NCBI GenBank assembly: GCA_003670915.1
Contig: QWQH01000017.1
Coordinates: forward strand, 7,845-71,844
Direction: 5' to 3'
Source: Planctomycetota bacterium
Lineage (GTDB): Bacteria; Planctomycetota; Planctomycetia; Pirellulales; UBA1268
DNA: 64,000 nt
Below, one piece after another: positions 21,176-31,364 of the stretch (positions are counted from its first letter, which is position 1; each line of letters opens with the position of its first letter). The translations under genes were made by a program, and so were the position numbers. The notes under the pieces are model-generated. The model was not told where the DNA came from, did not search any database, and saw only the letters and a list, made by a program, of their open reading frames with translations.

Positions 21176-21530
21176 TGCCTCTCGCGGCAACCGCGTCGTC
21201 TTCGGCGACTTCGGCCTTCAGGCCGAACAACCGGGGTGGCTCCCTGCTGCGACGATCGAAGCTGGCCGCGTTGCGGCCCAGCAATACCTCCGAACGGAGG
21301 GAAGGCTATTCGTGCGCGTGTTTCCACATAAATCGATCACATCTATTCCGTTGGAAACGCGGATGGGTAAGGGTAAGGGCGAGCCTGAGTTTTGGGCAGC
21401 CGTTATTAAGCCGGGTGCGATTCTGTATGAAATCGGTGGTGTGTCGGAGGATGCGGCCAGAATGTGCCTCTCGAGGCTGGCGCACAAAATGCCGCTCCGT
21501 GTGCGGTTTGTAAAGCGACGGGCCATGTAG
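21114..21530 (+). CDS. rplP: 50S ribosomal protein uL16
   Basis: MALMPKRVKHRKSQRG; ETRMGKGKG. GAGGAG SD at 21101-21106. Starts inside rpsC. Confidence 0.97.
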   Translation: MALMPKRVKHRKSQRGRIRGDASRGNRVVFGDFGLQAEQPGWLPAATIEAGRVAAQQYLRTEGRLFVRVFPHKSITSIPLETRMGKGKGEPEFWAAVIKPGAILYEIGGVSEDAARMCLSRLAHKMPLRVRFVKRRAM

Positions 21531-21588
21531 ACGTTTGTTGGAATACGCAGTGCAAGAAGCATTTCGAGAAGAGAACTTCAGTAACAAT

Positions 21589-21864
21589 ATGAGCAAAATA
21601 CGAGACATTCTTGAGATGAGCGACGAGCAGATCCGTCTCGTCTGGAAAGACGCAGCGGAATCGCTGTTTCGCCTGCGGCTCTCCGCTCAGACAGAAAAGC
21701 TTGCGTCCCCCTCTGATGTTCGAAAAGGACGCCACACGATAGCCCGCTGCCAGACGGTGCTCAACCAGCGGGGTAGTCCGATGGTGGCTGATGTTCCTGG
21801 GGAGGCCACTACCCCGACAGAGCAAACAAAGAAAATAAAAAAACCAAAGAAAAGTACCTCGTAA
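21589..21864 (+). CDS. rpmC: 50S ribosomal protein uL29 with basic tail
   Basis: ESLFRLRL...EKLASPSDVRKGRHTIARCQTVLNQR; position between rplP and rpsQ. Confidence 0.92.
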   Translation: MSKIRDILEMSDEQIRLVWKDAAESLFRLRLSAQTEKLASPSDVRKGRHTIARCQTVLNQRGSPMVADVPGEATTPTEQTKKIKKPKKSTS

Positions 21865-21917
21865 CATTGAACTCAGTTCCTCAACTGCGTTCTTGAGATA
21901 ATTCAGGAAATCCCCAA

Positions 21918-22310
21918 ATGCCCAAGCGAATGGAAACAGGAACGGTCACCAGCGCCGCGTCGAGCAAGACTCGCCGCGTTGAGATCCCGCGCGTGATCCG
22001 CCATGCCAAGTACGGCAAGATTATGCATCGTCGCACGGTCTGCCACGTGCACGACGAAGACGAAACATCCAAGCTCGGCGACATGGTGGAGATTATCGAA
22101 TGCCGGCCACGCAGTCGCCTGAAGCGATGGGAACTTGTGCGAGTGGTGTCCAAGAGCACCGCTGTCGATGTGGCTTCGCTTCGCAGCGGCGCAAGGGCCA
22201 CACAGATGCGAGAGTCGGCGGCCAAGGCTGAGGCTGCCGCAGCAACCGGTGGGCCCTCGCCTGCATCACCAAAATCTGCGCCCCGGACAACTGAAGGGCG
22301 GGCCAAATGA
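21918..22310 (+). CDS. rpsQ: 30S ribosomal protein uS17 with about 50-aa tail
   Basis: GTVTS...[31 protein letters not shown]. Confidence 0.96.
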   Translation: MPKRMETGTVTSAASSKTRRVEIPRVIRHAKYGKIMHRRTVCHVHDEDETSKLGDMVEIIECRPRSRLKRWELVRVVSKSTAVDVASLRSGARATQMRESAAKAEAAAATGGPSPASPKSAPRTTEGRAK

Positions 22311-22675
22311 TTCAGATGCAAACGAGGCTTGTCGTGGCCGACAACACAGGCGCCAAGGAAGTGATGTGCTTCAAAGTGCTGGGTGGCAGCAAGAAGCGAA
22401 CGGCCGGCCTTGGTGATATTATTGTGTGCAGTGTGAAAACCGTGATTGCTGGCAGCGAGGTGAAGAAAAAGGCCGTTATCAAGGCCGTGATCGTGCGGTG
22501 CAAGCGGCCGACGAGGCGAGACGATGGAAGCTATGTGCAGTTTGACACCAACGCATGCGTGATAATCGATAACGAAAAAAATCCAAAAGGCACTCGCATC
22601 TTTGGTGCGGTGGCCCGTGAGCTGCGCGATCGCAATTTCATGAAGATCGTCAGCCTAGCCAGCGAGGTGGTGTGA
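22307..22675 (+). CDS. rplN: 50S ribosomal protein uL14
   Basis: [39 protein letters not shown]. Confidence 0.98.
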   Translation: MIQMQTRLVVADNTGAKEVMCFKVLGGSKKRTAGLGDIIVCSVKTVIAGSEVKKKAVIKAVIVRCKRPTRRDDGSYVQFDTNACVIIDNEKNPKGTRIFGAVARELRDRNFMKIVSLASEVV

Positions 22676-23058
22676 TGCTGATTCGTTCCGGTGACATGAT
22701 CGAAGTGCAAACAGGCAACTCGCGTGGCAAGCGAGCAAAAGTCATTTCTGTACTCAATGACAAGGGAAAAATCGTCGTCGAGGGCGTCAACTTAGTCTAC
22801 CGCCACATGAAACGCAGCCAGAAGAATCAGCAGGGCGGCCGGCTGAGCAAAGAAATGCCGATTGATGTTTCCAACGTGTTGATTGTGTGCGGTTCCTGCA
22901 GCAAAGCCACGCGAATCGGCGTGCGGGTATCGGCCGACGGAGGCAAATCGCGGTTCTGCAAGAAGTGCGGCGCAGAATTGAGCGTGCTGAGGCCGCCGCG
23001 AGCGGTAAAGGCACTCGGAAAGAAGGCAGTCGCCTCGAAGGCAGCGGTCAGTACATAA
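22675..23058 (+). CDS. rplX: 50S ribosomal protein uL24 (CxxC...CxxC form)
   Basis: [35 protein letters not shown]. Confidence 0.96.
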   Translation: MLIRSGDMIEVQTGNSRGKRAKVISVLNDKGKIVVEGVNLVYRHMKRSQKNQQGGRLSKEMPIDVSNVLIVCGSCSKATRIGVRVSADGGKSRFCKKCGAELSVLRPPRAVKALGKKAVASKAAVST

Positions 23059-23126
23059 GGGCATTCGGATAAAGGGCCAAGCGCCGGACTCTCGCGATAC
23101 ACTCTCAAGATTCAAGGACAGTTTTG

Positions 23127-23762
23127 ATGGCAAAGACAGTAAAGAAAACAAAAGCGGTAACTCCGAAAGCATCGCCTTCGTCGGTGCCTGCTGGCACGCC
23201 GCGGATGTTGGATCACTATTTAAAAACAGTTCAACCGGCGCTTGGCAAGGCGCTTTCCCGCACGAATTCCCTGGCGATCCCACGGCTCGAAAAAATCGTC
23301 GTAAACATGGGTGTCGGGGTTGCTGTAACGGAGAAAAAATACCTCGAGGAGGCCATTGGCGCGATGGCGCAGGTGACTGGACAGAAGCCGATTGCCACGC
23401 TCTCTAAAGTTGCTGTCTCCGGATTTAAGCTGAGAGAAAACCTCCCCATTGGCTGCAAGGTTACATTGCGTGGCCGGCGGATGTATGAATTTCTCGACCG
23501 ACTTGTGTCGGTCGCGCTTCCGCGGGTGCGGGATTTTAGAGGACTGTCGAGTACCGCCTTTGACGGCCACGGCAATTACAGCCTTGGTCTTTCGGAGCAG
23601 ATGGTTTTTCCAGAGATCAACCCGGATAAATACACTCGCCCGCAGGGGATGAATATCACGTTAGTCACATCGGCTAAAAACGACGACGATGCCCGCCAGT
23701 TTTTGCGGGCCATGGGAGTTCCGCTGAAAAAAGACAAGGAAGACGATGATGCCGCTGCGTAG
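23127..23762 (+). CDS. rplE: 50S ribosomal protein uL5
   Basis: PRLEKIVVNMGVG; GCKVTLRG; LPRVRDFRG; FDGHGNY. Confidence 0.98.
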   Translation: MAKTVKKTKAVTPKASPSSVPAGTPRMLDHYLKTVQPALGKALSRTNSLAIPRLEKIVVNMGVGVAVTEKKYLEEAIGAMAQVTGQKPIATLSKVAVSGFKLRENLPIGCKVTLRGRRMYEFLDRLVSVALPRVRDFRGLSSTAFDGHGNYSLGLSEQMVFPEINPDKYTRPQGMNITLVTSAKNDDDARQFLRAMGVPLKKDKEDDDAAA

Positions 23763-23847
23763 CGGTGTTCGTACGATTGAATAGCAGCCCCCCAAGGGGC
23801 AGGCATCCCTGAAGCGAGTCCCCCTCGGCTCGCGGTTGGAAAAATAT

Positions 23848-24033
23848 ATGGCAAGTAAGTCAAAAATCGCAGCCGCCAAGCGGCCGCCTAAGTTCTCCAC
23901 CCGGGCTGTGAATCGCTGCATGCTCTGCGGCAGGCCCCGTGCGGTGTACCGTAAGTTTGGGATTTGCCGTATTTGTTTTCGTAAGCTCGCTGATCAAGGC
24001 AATATTCCTGGTGTTCGTAAGGCCAGTTGGTAA
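23848..24033 (+). CDS. rpsN: 30S ribosomal protein uS14, zinc-ribbon type
   Basis: 61 aa; [10 protein letters not shown]...[16 protein letters not shown]. Confidence 0.97.
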   Translation: MASKSKIAAAKRPPKFSTRAVNRCMLCGRPRAVYRKFGICRICFRKLADQGNIPGVRKASW

Positions 24034-24099
24034 GGGGCCATCTGGCACTGGCCAGTTGGTTCTGTGTGATGCTTTTTAATTTACAAAGGCTCTTTTGAC

Positions 24100-24501
24100 A
24101 TGATGACCGACCCCATCGCCGACATGCTCACTCGCATCCGCAATGCGGTGCGCATTGAACGCGCGACCGTGGAGATTCCTAGTTCGAAGGTAAAGCGAGG
24201 CGTCGCAGACGTTCTCAAGCGAGAGGGATTTATTTGGGATTGGCGTGAAATCAGTTCAGAATCGGGCCCGTCATCCAAGCTGCATTTGGAGCTGAAGTAC
24301 GGCCCAAACGGCGAGCGGTTGATCCGACATATTCGGCGAGTCAGTTCACCCGGCAAGCGAGTCTATAGCCGGTCAGTGCTCCTGCGTCCTGTTCTGGGAG
24401 GCCTAGGGATTTCGATTCTTTCCACATCCAGCGGCGTTGTAAGTGATCGAGAAGCCAGGCAGCGAAAACTCGGCGGCGAAGTGCTCTGCGAGTTGTGGTA
24501 G
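24100..24501 (+). CDS. rpsH: 30S ribosomal protein uS8
   Basis: MMTDPIADMLTRIRNA; SSPGKRVY; GGEVLCELW. Confidence 0.98.
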   Translation: MMTDPIADMLTRIRNAVRIERATVEIPSSKVKRGVADVLKREGFIWDWREISSESGPSSKLHLELKYGPNGERLIRHIRRVSSPGKRVYSRSVLLRPVLGGLGISILSTSSGVVSDREARQRKLGGEVLCELW

Positions 24502-24522
24502 TCATAGAAAGGTCACGGATTC

Positions 24523-25068
24523 ATGTCTCGCATCGGTAAAGCACCAGTCACCATTCCCAAAGGCGTCAAGCTGGCTGTTGAAGCAGGCACGCTCAGGGTC
24601 GAAGGACCGCTTGGCAAACTCGAGCAGCGGCCGCATGCCGCTGTTGGGATTGAAATCGATCAGGCCGCCAGCGTTGTGAAAGTCACTCGATCCGACGACA
24701 GTCGTATGTCGCGGGCCTTGCACGGCCTCACGCGGGCTTTGGTGGCGAATATGGTCGAGGGTGTCACGAAGGGCTACGAGAAAAAGCTTGAAATCGTGGG
24801 CGTCGGCTATATCGCAGCGATCCAAAAAAATACGCTGCAGCTTCGCGTTGGCTTTGCCAATGAACTGCAGATACCGATTCCAGCAGGCCTCACCGTTCTC
24901 TGTCCCGACCAGACGCATATTGTGATCAAAGGAATCGATAAGCAACTTGTTGGCCAGTTTGCGGCCGAAGTTCGTGCCAAGCGCAAGCCCGAACCATACA
25001 AGGGCAAAGGCATCCGGTATGAAAATGAGCAAGTGCGTCGCAAGGCCGGCAAGGCAGTCACGAAGTAG
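24523..25068 (+). CDS. rplF: 50S ribosomal protein uL6
   Basis: MSRIGKAPV; HGLTRALVANMVEGV; RKPEPYKGKGIRY. Confidence 0.98.
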   Translation: MSRIGKAPVTIPKGVKLAVEAGTLRVEGPLGKLEQRPHAAVGIEIDQAASVVKVTRSDDSRMSRALHGLTRALVANMVEGVTKGYEKKLEIVGVGYIAAIQKNTLQLRVGFANELQIPIPAGLTVLCPDQTHIVIKGIDKQLVGQFAAEVRAKRKPEPYKGKGIRYENEQVRRKAGKAVTK

Positions 25069-25153
25069 CCGCACTGCTCGGAACGAATGGAAGCCAGAAA
25101 CCCAAATTAGTTTTTCATTGAAGCCCGTTTAACCCAAGTATTTTACAGCCCCC

Positions 25154-25522
25154 ATGGATCACTCACGAACAATTCTCAGGCAGCGCATGCGACGCCGCCA
25201 CCGCGTGCGCCGAGCCATTCGCGGCACGACAGAGCGTCCGCGATTGGCCGTATTTAGAACGCATAAGCATATTTATGCGCAGGTCATCGACGACTCAACG
25301 GGCTGTACCCTCGTGTCGGCAAGTTCAATGGACAAGGAGATTCGCGACAGCGTTGCGTTTGGCGGCAACAAGCAGGCTGCCGAGGCGATTGGGCGTGCAG
25401 TGGCTGAGCGTGCCGCTGCGGCTGGTTTGAAAAAAGTATGCTTTGATCGCGCTGAGTTTCGCTATCACGGCCGCGTGGCAGCTCTGGCCGATGCGGCGCG
25501 GGCCGCAGGCTTAGAATTTTAA
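25154..25522 (+). CDS. rplR: 50S ribosomal protein uL18
   Basis: [39 protein letters not shown]. Confidence 0.98.
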   Translation: MDHSRTILRQRMRRRHRVRRAIRGTTERPRLAVFRTHKHIYAQVIDDSTGCTLVSASSMDKEIRDSVAFGGNKQAAEAIGRAVAERAAAAGLKKVCFDRAEFRYHGRVAALADAARAAGLEF

Positions 25523-25540
25523 AGGAAAAGAAAAACCATA

Positions 25541-26095
25541 ATGGCAAACCCAGCAAACAGCTCCGAACGCACCCCCGATCGACCCCAGCGAAGGCAGCCG
25601 GGCGGATCGGGCGGCAAGGAAGCCCGAGGCGGTGAATTCGCTGAAAAAGTCGTGAAAGTGAGGCGTTGCGCCACGGTCGTAAAAGGCGGCCGTCGATTTA
25701 GTTTTGCGGGCCTTGTGGTCGTCGGAAACGGTCGGGGGAGGGTTGGCTGCGGGTACGCAAAGGCCAACGAAGTGCCACCGGCAGTTGAAAAAGCGATCAA
25801 AGATGGAATGAAAAACCTGATCGATGTGCCAGTTGAGTCGGGCACAATTCCCCATCGTGTTGAAGGCCTGAGCGGCACCTCCCGGGTGATCTTGCTCCCA
25901 GCCAGTCCTGGTACGGGCATCATTGCTGGGGCGGCGGTGCGGGCGGTTTGTGAGTCGGCCGGCATTCGCGACGTTTTGAGCAAGGCACACGGTTCGACCA
26001 ACCCCGTCAATCTCGTCAAGGCGGCGCTCGATGGGCTGAAGCAGTTAAGAACTCGCAGCGACGTGGAGCGGCTGCGTGGCGTGACTCTTTCATAA
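25541..26095 (+). CDS. rpsE: 30S ribosomal protein uS5
   Basis: VVKGGRRFSF; GKANEVP-like GYAKANEVP; PASPGTGIIAG; GSTNPVN. Confidence 0.98.
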   Translation: MANPANSSERTPDRPQRRQPGGSGGKEARGGEFAEKVVKVRRCATVVKGGRRFSFAGLVVVGNGRGRVGCGYAKANEVPPAVEKAIKDGMKNLIDVPVESGTIPHRVEGLSGTSRVILLPASPGTGIIAGAAVRAVCESAGIRDVLSKAHGSTNPVNLVKAALDGLKQLRTRSDVERLRGVTLS

Positions 26096-26187
26096 GCTCT
26101 GTCAGAAGAACGATTCAAAAAGAGTGTCAGGTATTTGGGTAAGGTAGAGCCTCAGTCGAGCAACTTCAGTCGAGCAAGGAATTCATC

Positions 26188-26694
26188 ATGCAGATCAGCG
26201 ATGTCAACCGGGGTATTCATAAGAACCGCAAGCGGCTGCGCATTGGCCGCGGCCCAGGCTCCGGCCGTGGAAAAACATCTGGTCGTGGTCACAAAGGGCA
26301 AGGGCAACTCGCTGGCTGGAGCGCGCCGTCGATTTTCGAAGGTGCACGGATGCCACTCATTCGACAGATCCCGAAGCGAGGGTTTCACAACCGTTACGGC
26401 AGGATTGTCATCGGCATTAACGTGGATGATCTCAATACATGTTTTTCCTCTGGAAGCCAGGTCAGCCCAGAGACTCTTCGTACGGCTGGTCTTGCCAAAG
26501 GCATCTGGGATGAAGTAAAGATTCTCGGCGACGGAGCCCTGATGAAGTCGCTACAGGTTTCGGCGCACCACTTCAGCGCTCAGGCTCGGGAGAAGATCCT
26601 GGCAGCCGGTGGAACGGCGACTGAATTGCCAGGCCCGGCACCCGTAGTGCGGAATAAGAAAAAGGCATCGCGGAAAAAGCCCCTGGCCGGGTAG
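26188..26694 (+). CDS. rplO: 50S ribosomal protein uL15
   Basis: RIGRGPGSGRGKTSGRGHKGQ; FEGARMPL...PKRGF; VKILGDG. Confidence 0.97.
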   Translation: MQISDVNRGIHKNRKRLRIGRGPGSGRGKTSGRGHKGQGQLAGWSAPSIFEGARMPLIRQIPKRGFHNRYGRIVIGINVDDLNTCFSSGSQVSPETLRTAGLAKGIWDEVKILGDGALMKSLQVSAHHFSAQAREKILAAGGTATELPGPAPVVRNKKKASRKKPLAG

Positions 26695-26738
26695 TGTATG
26701 GCTCCAGTGCCTCACGATGGAGCAAAGGAGTCAGTCAC

Positions 26739-28100
26739 GTGCTCGAAAAACTTCGCATTATTTTTACGATCCCCGAACTGCGTCAGAAGATTCTGTTGAC
26801 GCTTGGATTGCTAGCAATCTATCGGGTGGGCTGGCAGGTTCCGCTGCCGATCGTTGACCCCAAGGCCATGACAGCCTTCGCGGAGGAAGCTGGTGGCATT
26901 AGCGATCTGCTCAAGACGGTAGCTGTATTTTCAGCCAGCCAACTCTCGCAGGCCACGATCTTCGGTCTCGGGATCATGCCCTATATTTCAGCGTCCATTA
27001 TCTTCCAACTGCTTGGAACAGTCTGGGCTCCGCTGGAGCGGTTACAAAAAGAGGGCGAGGCCGGGCGCAAGAAGATCAACGAATACACTCGCTATGCCAC
27101 GGTGGTGATTTGCTTGGTTCAGAGTTGGGCCTATGTTGCGTTTTTGTCAAACACGCAAGTGGGCGAGATGCCCTTGATTCAACCCAGCTTTCTCGTTGAC
27201 GGTAGGCTACCGCTGGCGTGGCAATTTACTGCCGTGATGACGATGACAGCAGGCACTATTTTTCTTATGTGGCTGGGCGAGCAGATCGATGAGTTTGGCA
27301 TTGGCAACGGCATCAGTCTCTTGATTATGGCCGGTATTCTGGCGGCCATGCCGAGCGCCCTCGTGGAATTAACCAGCGATACAACATGGGAATTGGGAGG
27401 TGCGGGCGGAAAAATGGGAATCGAAACGATTCTCGTGCTCGCCGCGCTGTTTGTTGGCGTCGTGGCAGGCGTTGTTTTTATGACGCAAGGGCAGCGACGC
27501 ATCCCTACGCAGAGTGCCAAGCACGTGCGAGGCAGGCGTGTGTATGGCGGTACCAGGCAGTATCTGCCGCTTCGCGTGAATCAGGCCGGTGTGATGCCGA
27601 TTATTTTTGCCAGCTCGTTATTACTCTTTCCACAAATGCTTTTTCAGTACTTGCATAATGCGAATCCCGGCAGTGCCATTCTGGGGTCTTTGCACGATTC
27701 TTTTACGAGAGGCCAGTCGTATCTCTACAACGTGCTCTACGTCGTGCTGATCTACTTCTTCTGTTATTTCTGGACGGCGATCACGTTTAATCCCAAGGAG
27801 ATGGCAGACAACCTCAAGAATTTTGGGGCATTTATTCCGGGCTATAGACCAGGCAAGCGAACTGCCGACTTTCTGGAACGAGTGATGGAGCGAATCACGT
27901 ATGTCGGTGCTGCGTTTTTAGCACTGGTTGCTATCATTCCGACGATCGTGGGTGGATCGCTCGGGATTCCGTCGCAGATCGCGAGTTTCTACGGAGGCAC
28001 CGGGTTGTTGATTGCAGTGAGTGTGGCGTTTGACCTCGTGCAGAAGATCGACAGCCATCTGGTGATGAGGAATTACACGGGGCTCCTAGAGAAATCCTAA
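26739..28100 (+). CDS. secY: Preprotein translocase subunit SecY
   Basis: LGIMPYISASIIFQLL; WLGEQIDEFGIGNGISL; AGVMPIIFAS; IPGYRPG; GGTGLLI. AAGGAG SD before GTG 26739. Confidence 0.98.
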   Translation: MLEKLRIIFTIPELRQKILLTLGLLAIYRVGWQVPLPIVDPKAMTAFAEEAGGISDLLKTVAVFSASQLSQATIFGLGIMPYISASIIFQLLGTVWAPLERLQKEGEAGRKKINEYTRYATVVICLVQSWAYVAFLSNTQVGEMPLIQPSFLVDGRLPLAWQFTAVMTMTAGTIFLMWLGEQIDEFGIGNGISLLIMAGILAAMPSALVELTSDTTWELGGAGGKMGIETILVLAALFVGVVAGVVFMTQGQRRIPTQSAKHVRGRRVYGGTRQYLPLRVNQAGVMPIIFASSLLLFPQMLFQYLHNANPGSAILGSLHDSFTRGQSYLYNVLYVVLIYFFCYFWTAITFNPKEMADNLKNFGAFIPGYRPGKRTADFLERVMERITYVGAAFLALVAIIPTIVGGSLGIPSQIASFYGGTGLLIAVSVAFDLVQKIDSHLVMRNYTGLLEKS

Positions 28101-28208
28101 CTCGCCAATCCTGAAGCTATTCAAGCAGCTGTGGGGCCTTTGCTGCTGGTGCGGAATGTTTCCTCTGTGGCCCATTCATTGACTCCTTCGTCACGACGCA
28201 GATACGCC

Positions 28209-28775
28209 ATGCGGATCATCCTTATCGGACCGCCAGGGGCTGGCAAAGGCACTCAGTGCCAACGGCTTGTGGACTATCTGCGTGTGCCACATCTCTCAAC
28301 GGGCGAGATGCTGCGAGCGGCTGTGCGAGCCGGTACAGCCGAGGGGCTTGCCGCTGCGCATTTCATGGCCCAAGGGCAGCTTGTGCCTGACCCAATGATT
28401 TTGGGGTTGGTGACCAAGCGATTGGAAGCCGCGGATTGTCGAGATGGATGCCTGCTCGATGGTTTTCCGCGTACGTTACCGCAGGCGGCAATGCTGGATG
28501 ACTTGCTCGACTGCCGCGCCATGAGCGTCGACGGTGTGATCGAACTGGCGGTGCCTCGGGACGAACTGGTCCATCGGATGCTGGCTCGCAAGCGAGAGGA
28601 TGACAACCCCGAGATTTTTGCCAAGCGTATTGCCAGTTTTGAGGTTCAAACCGCTCCGTTACTCGACTACTACAAGCGACAGGGGAAGCTTGCTAGCATT
28701 GACGGGCTGGGCACGGCGGACGAGATTTTTAACCGAGTGCGTGAGGCGTTACGGCGATTGAAGCGAGATTCTTGA
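28209..28775 (+). CDS. adk: Adenylate kinase (short-LID type)
   Basis: GPPGAGKGTQ; HLSTGEMLR; LDGFPRT; short RKREDD LID. Confidence 0.96.
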   Translation: MRIILIGPPGAGKGTQCQRLVDYLRVPHLSTGEMLRAAVRAGTAEGLAAAHFMAQGQLVPDPMILGLVTKRLEAADCRDGCLLDGFPRTLPQAAMLDDLLDCRAMSVDGVIELAVPRDELVHRMLARKREDDNPEIFAKRIASFEVQTAPLLDYYKRQGKLASIDGLGTADEIFNRVREALRRLKRDS

Positions 28776-29134
28776 CAGGGCTAGCCTCGGCTACCCGCTC
28801 GCCATCGCCTCGGTTGGCGAGTTCTTGACGCGGATGGGCTACGACAATCCGAACCATCGCTTGAGAAAGCGTGGGGTCGGGTGAAGTTGATGCGAGTCGG
28901 CGTATCCTCGCATCGAGGCGGAGGCTTTACCCGCCCCCGGCGGATTCCTACCGCTCGGGCCTTCGGACAGTGATCGACGTGTTTTCACGGTCTGTCATTG
29001 GATCAAAATGGTTCCCGAGACATGCGTTCAATGAAATACCTAGTTGGAGAGAGTGCGGCGGGCGGTATACTGCTAAGCCGATGCAGCGGCCGTTCGGTAT
29101 TTTCTCAAGTTTCCTTCAGCGTGGTGCAGAGTTC

Positions 29135-29941
29135 GTGGTAAATCTTCGTTCTGAGCGTGAGATTGCGGCCATGCGCCGAGCTGGCCTTGTGGTGTGGGGC
29201 GCGCATCAACTCGCTTTGTCGCTGGTGAGGCCAGGCGTGACAACTGGTGAGATGGACCGAGCGATCGAACAGTTTTTTCTAGATCATTCGGCCGTTCCGC
29301 TGTTCAAAGGAGTTCCTGGGAAGGTGCCGTTTCCTGCCGTGTGTTGCATGTCGGTAAACGAAGAAGTCGTGCATGGGATTCCGAGCGATCGCGTGCTGCT
29401 TGCGGGAGATATTGTGAGCATTGACACCGGCTGCAGTGTAGGAGGGTGGTGCGGAGATTCTGCAGTTACCTATCCTGTGGGCGAAATCGATGCGGATGTT
29501 CAGCGACTCCTCGACTGCACATCCGGTGTGCTGGCTCTGGCGATTCAGTTAATGGCCACGCGGAACCGCTGGAGCGACGTGGCTACGGAGATGGCCAAAT
29601 TCGTCCGGGATTACGGCTTCACCGTGGTCGAAAACTTTGTGGGACATGGGATTGGACGAAAAATGCACGAGGATCCCCAAGTTCCAAATTTTTGCACCCC
29701 GTCCTTTCGCCGCAACCACGACTTTGAGCTGGAGTCGGGCTTGGTGATCGCGGTGGAGCCTATGGTGAATATGGGTTCCAAGAAGGTGCGAGCCCTCCCT
29801 GACCACTGGACGCAGTCAACCGTCGATGGGCGGCCAAGTGCGCACTTTGAGCACACGGTGGCGTTGACAGAAAACGGCCCTGTTGTGCTGACGGCAGGGC
29901 CAGCGGCAGGCGATGCCTCAGCTACGGAAGCGTTGGTTTAA
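29135..29941 (+). CDS. map: Type I methionine aminopeptidase
   Basis: [44 protein letters not shown]. Start set at GTG 29135. Confidence 0.96.
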   Translation: MVNLRSEREIAAMRRAGLVVWGAHQLALSLVRPGVTTGEMDRAIEQFFLDHSAVPLFKGVPGKVPFPAVCCMSVNEEVVHGIPSDRVLLAGDIVSIDTGCSVGGWCGDSAVTYPVGEIDADVQRLLDCTSGVLALAIQLMATRNRWSDVATEMAKFVRDYGFTVVENFVGHGIGRKMHEDPQVPNFCTPSFRRNHDFELESGLVIAVEPMVNMGSKKVRALPDHWTQSTVDGRPSAHFEHTVALTENGPVVLTAGPAAGDASATEALV

Positions 29942-30003
29942 TTCGCTATTACAATCGTTGCGGGGGAGCCGATTGCGGAATTTGCCCGAGATAAGGCCCC
30001 CCC

Positions 30004-30033
30004 TTGTGATTGCTGCTGGCTTCTCCCTATACT
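30004..30033 (+). promoter_or_regulatory. Candidate promoter for the rpmJ-alpha operon
   Basis: TTGTGA-N18-TATACT about 90 nt upstream of rpmJ. Confidence 0.4.
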
Positions 30034-30120
30034 CCGCGGTTTCCCACGAGTCATTCCCGATTTCGCCAGTCACCCTGAACGAGTTAAAGGCGTGGTCGGT
30101 AGCCCACCACGAGCTGTTGT

Positions 30121-30234
30121 ATGAAGGTTCGCGCCAGCGTTCGCCGAATGTGTGAAAAGTGCAAGATCGTTCGAAGGCGAGGTGTCGTCTTTGTTGTCTG
30201 CGCTGATCCTCGCCACAAACAGCGGCAGGGGTAG
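30121..30234 (+). CDS. rpmJ: 50S ribosomal protein bL36 (zinc-binding form)
   Basis: Not in the ORF track. Manual translation [37 protein letters not shown]. Confidence 0.97.
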   Translation: MKVRASVRRMCEKCKIVRRRGVVFVVCADPRHKQRQG

Positions 30235-30371
30235 AAAACAGAATTCTAGAAGAGTATTCATGGCTTTTTCGGTATTTTCGTTTTGGCGAGCCGTTTGAGT
30301 GAGTGCAGGAGTTTGAGTTGCGTTGAGAATGATTGCTTGAGTGCCCGGAACATTCCCTGAGATTTTGAGCC

Positions 30372-30755
30372 ATGCCCCGCCTCCTCGGTGTTGATATCCC
30401 GTCAGAGAAGAAGACCATCTACTCGCTCCAATACCTGTACGGTGTGGGGCAGAGAGTGGCTCGCGATTTGTGCCACAAGGCCGGCGTTGATCCCGAGGGG
30501 ATCGCCCGCAATCTGCACGAGGATGAGTTGGCTCGCCTCGCATCTTTAATGGATAAAGATTATGTCGTCGAGGGACAGCTACGACGGCAGGTGGCCCAAA
30601 ACATTTCGCGTCTGAAAGACATCGGCAGTTATCGCGGAGTGCGACATAGACGTGGGTTGCCCGTTCGAGGTCAGCGCACGCGTACCAATGCTCGCACTCG
30701 CAAGGGGCCAAAGAAAACGGTCGCCGGCAAGAAGGGCGTGAAGGATCTCAAGTAG
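30372..30755 (+). CDS. rpsM: 30S ribosomal protein uS13
   Basis: MPRLLGVDIP; YRGVRHRRGLPVRGQRTRTNARTRKG. Confidence 0.98.
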   Translation: MPRLLGVDIPSEKKTIYSLQYLYGVGQRVARDLCHKAGVDPEGIARNLHEDELARLASLMDKDYVVEGQLRRQVAQNISRLKDIGSYRGVRHRRGLPVRGQRTRTNARTRKGPKKTVAGKKGVKDLK

Positions 30756-30885
30756 ACAGCAGTTTGGATGCGTAAGCACTCAATTGTGGCGACCGCAGGG
30801 TTGAGCCAAGGCCCGAAAGGGTGGCAGTTTTCAGAGCGAGTCAGTTTTAAAGAGTCATCAAAAGAATCATTCATAGAGCAGGTTC

Positions 30886-31263
30886 ATGTCAAAGGTTGCA
30901 AAGACAAAAAAGAAGAGCGTGTCGGCTGGAATTGCCTACATAACGGCAAGTTTCAACAACACAACAGTCACCATTACAGACACCAAGGGGGACGCGCTCT
31001 GCTGGTCGAGCGGTGGCACGTGCGGCTTCAAGGGAAGTCGTAAGGGAACGCCCTATGCGGGCCAGTGCGCTGCCCAGCAGGCTGCCGAAAAAGCTGCCAA
31101 GTTTGGCGTAAAGGAGCTTGAAGTCCGAGTTCGTGGGCCTGGAAGCGGCCGTGAAAGCGCGATCACGGCGTTACAGGCTGCTGGTATGAATGTGAAAAGT
31201 ATCGAAGATATCACTCCTCTGCCGCACAACGGTTGCCGTCCGCCAAAGAAGCGACGCGTCTGA
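30886..31263 (+). CDS. rpsK: 30S ribosomal protein uS11
   Basis: [52 protein letters not shown]. Confidence 0.98.
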   Translation: MSKVAKTKKKSVSAGIAYITASFNNTTVTITDTKGDALCWSSGGTCGFKGSRKGTPYAGQCAAQQAAEKAAKFGVKELEVRVRGPGSGRESAITALQAAGMNVKSIEDITPLPHNGCRPPKKRRV

Positions 31264-31364
31264 CGAACATGGTCCTGCGTGATTGCTGCTCCTTTTTTGA
31301 ACACACTTTTTTCGCATCCTGAACATCTCCCCACCCACCTCTCTCACGGTACTCGAGCATAAAA

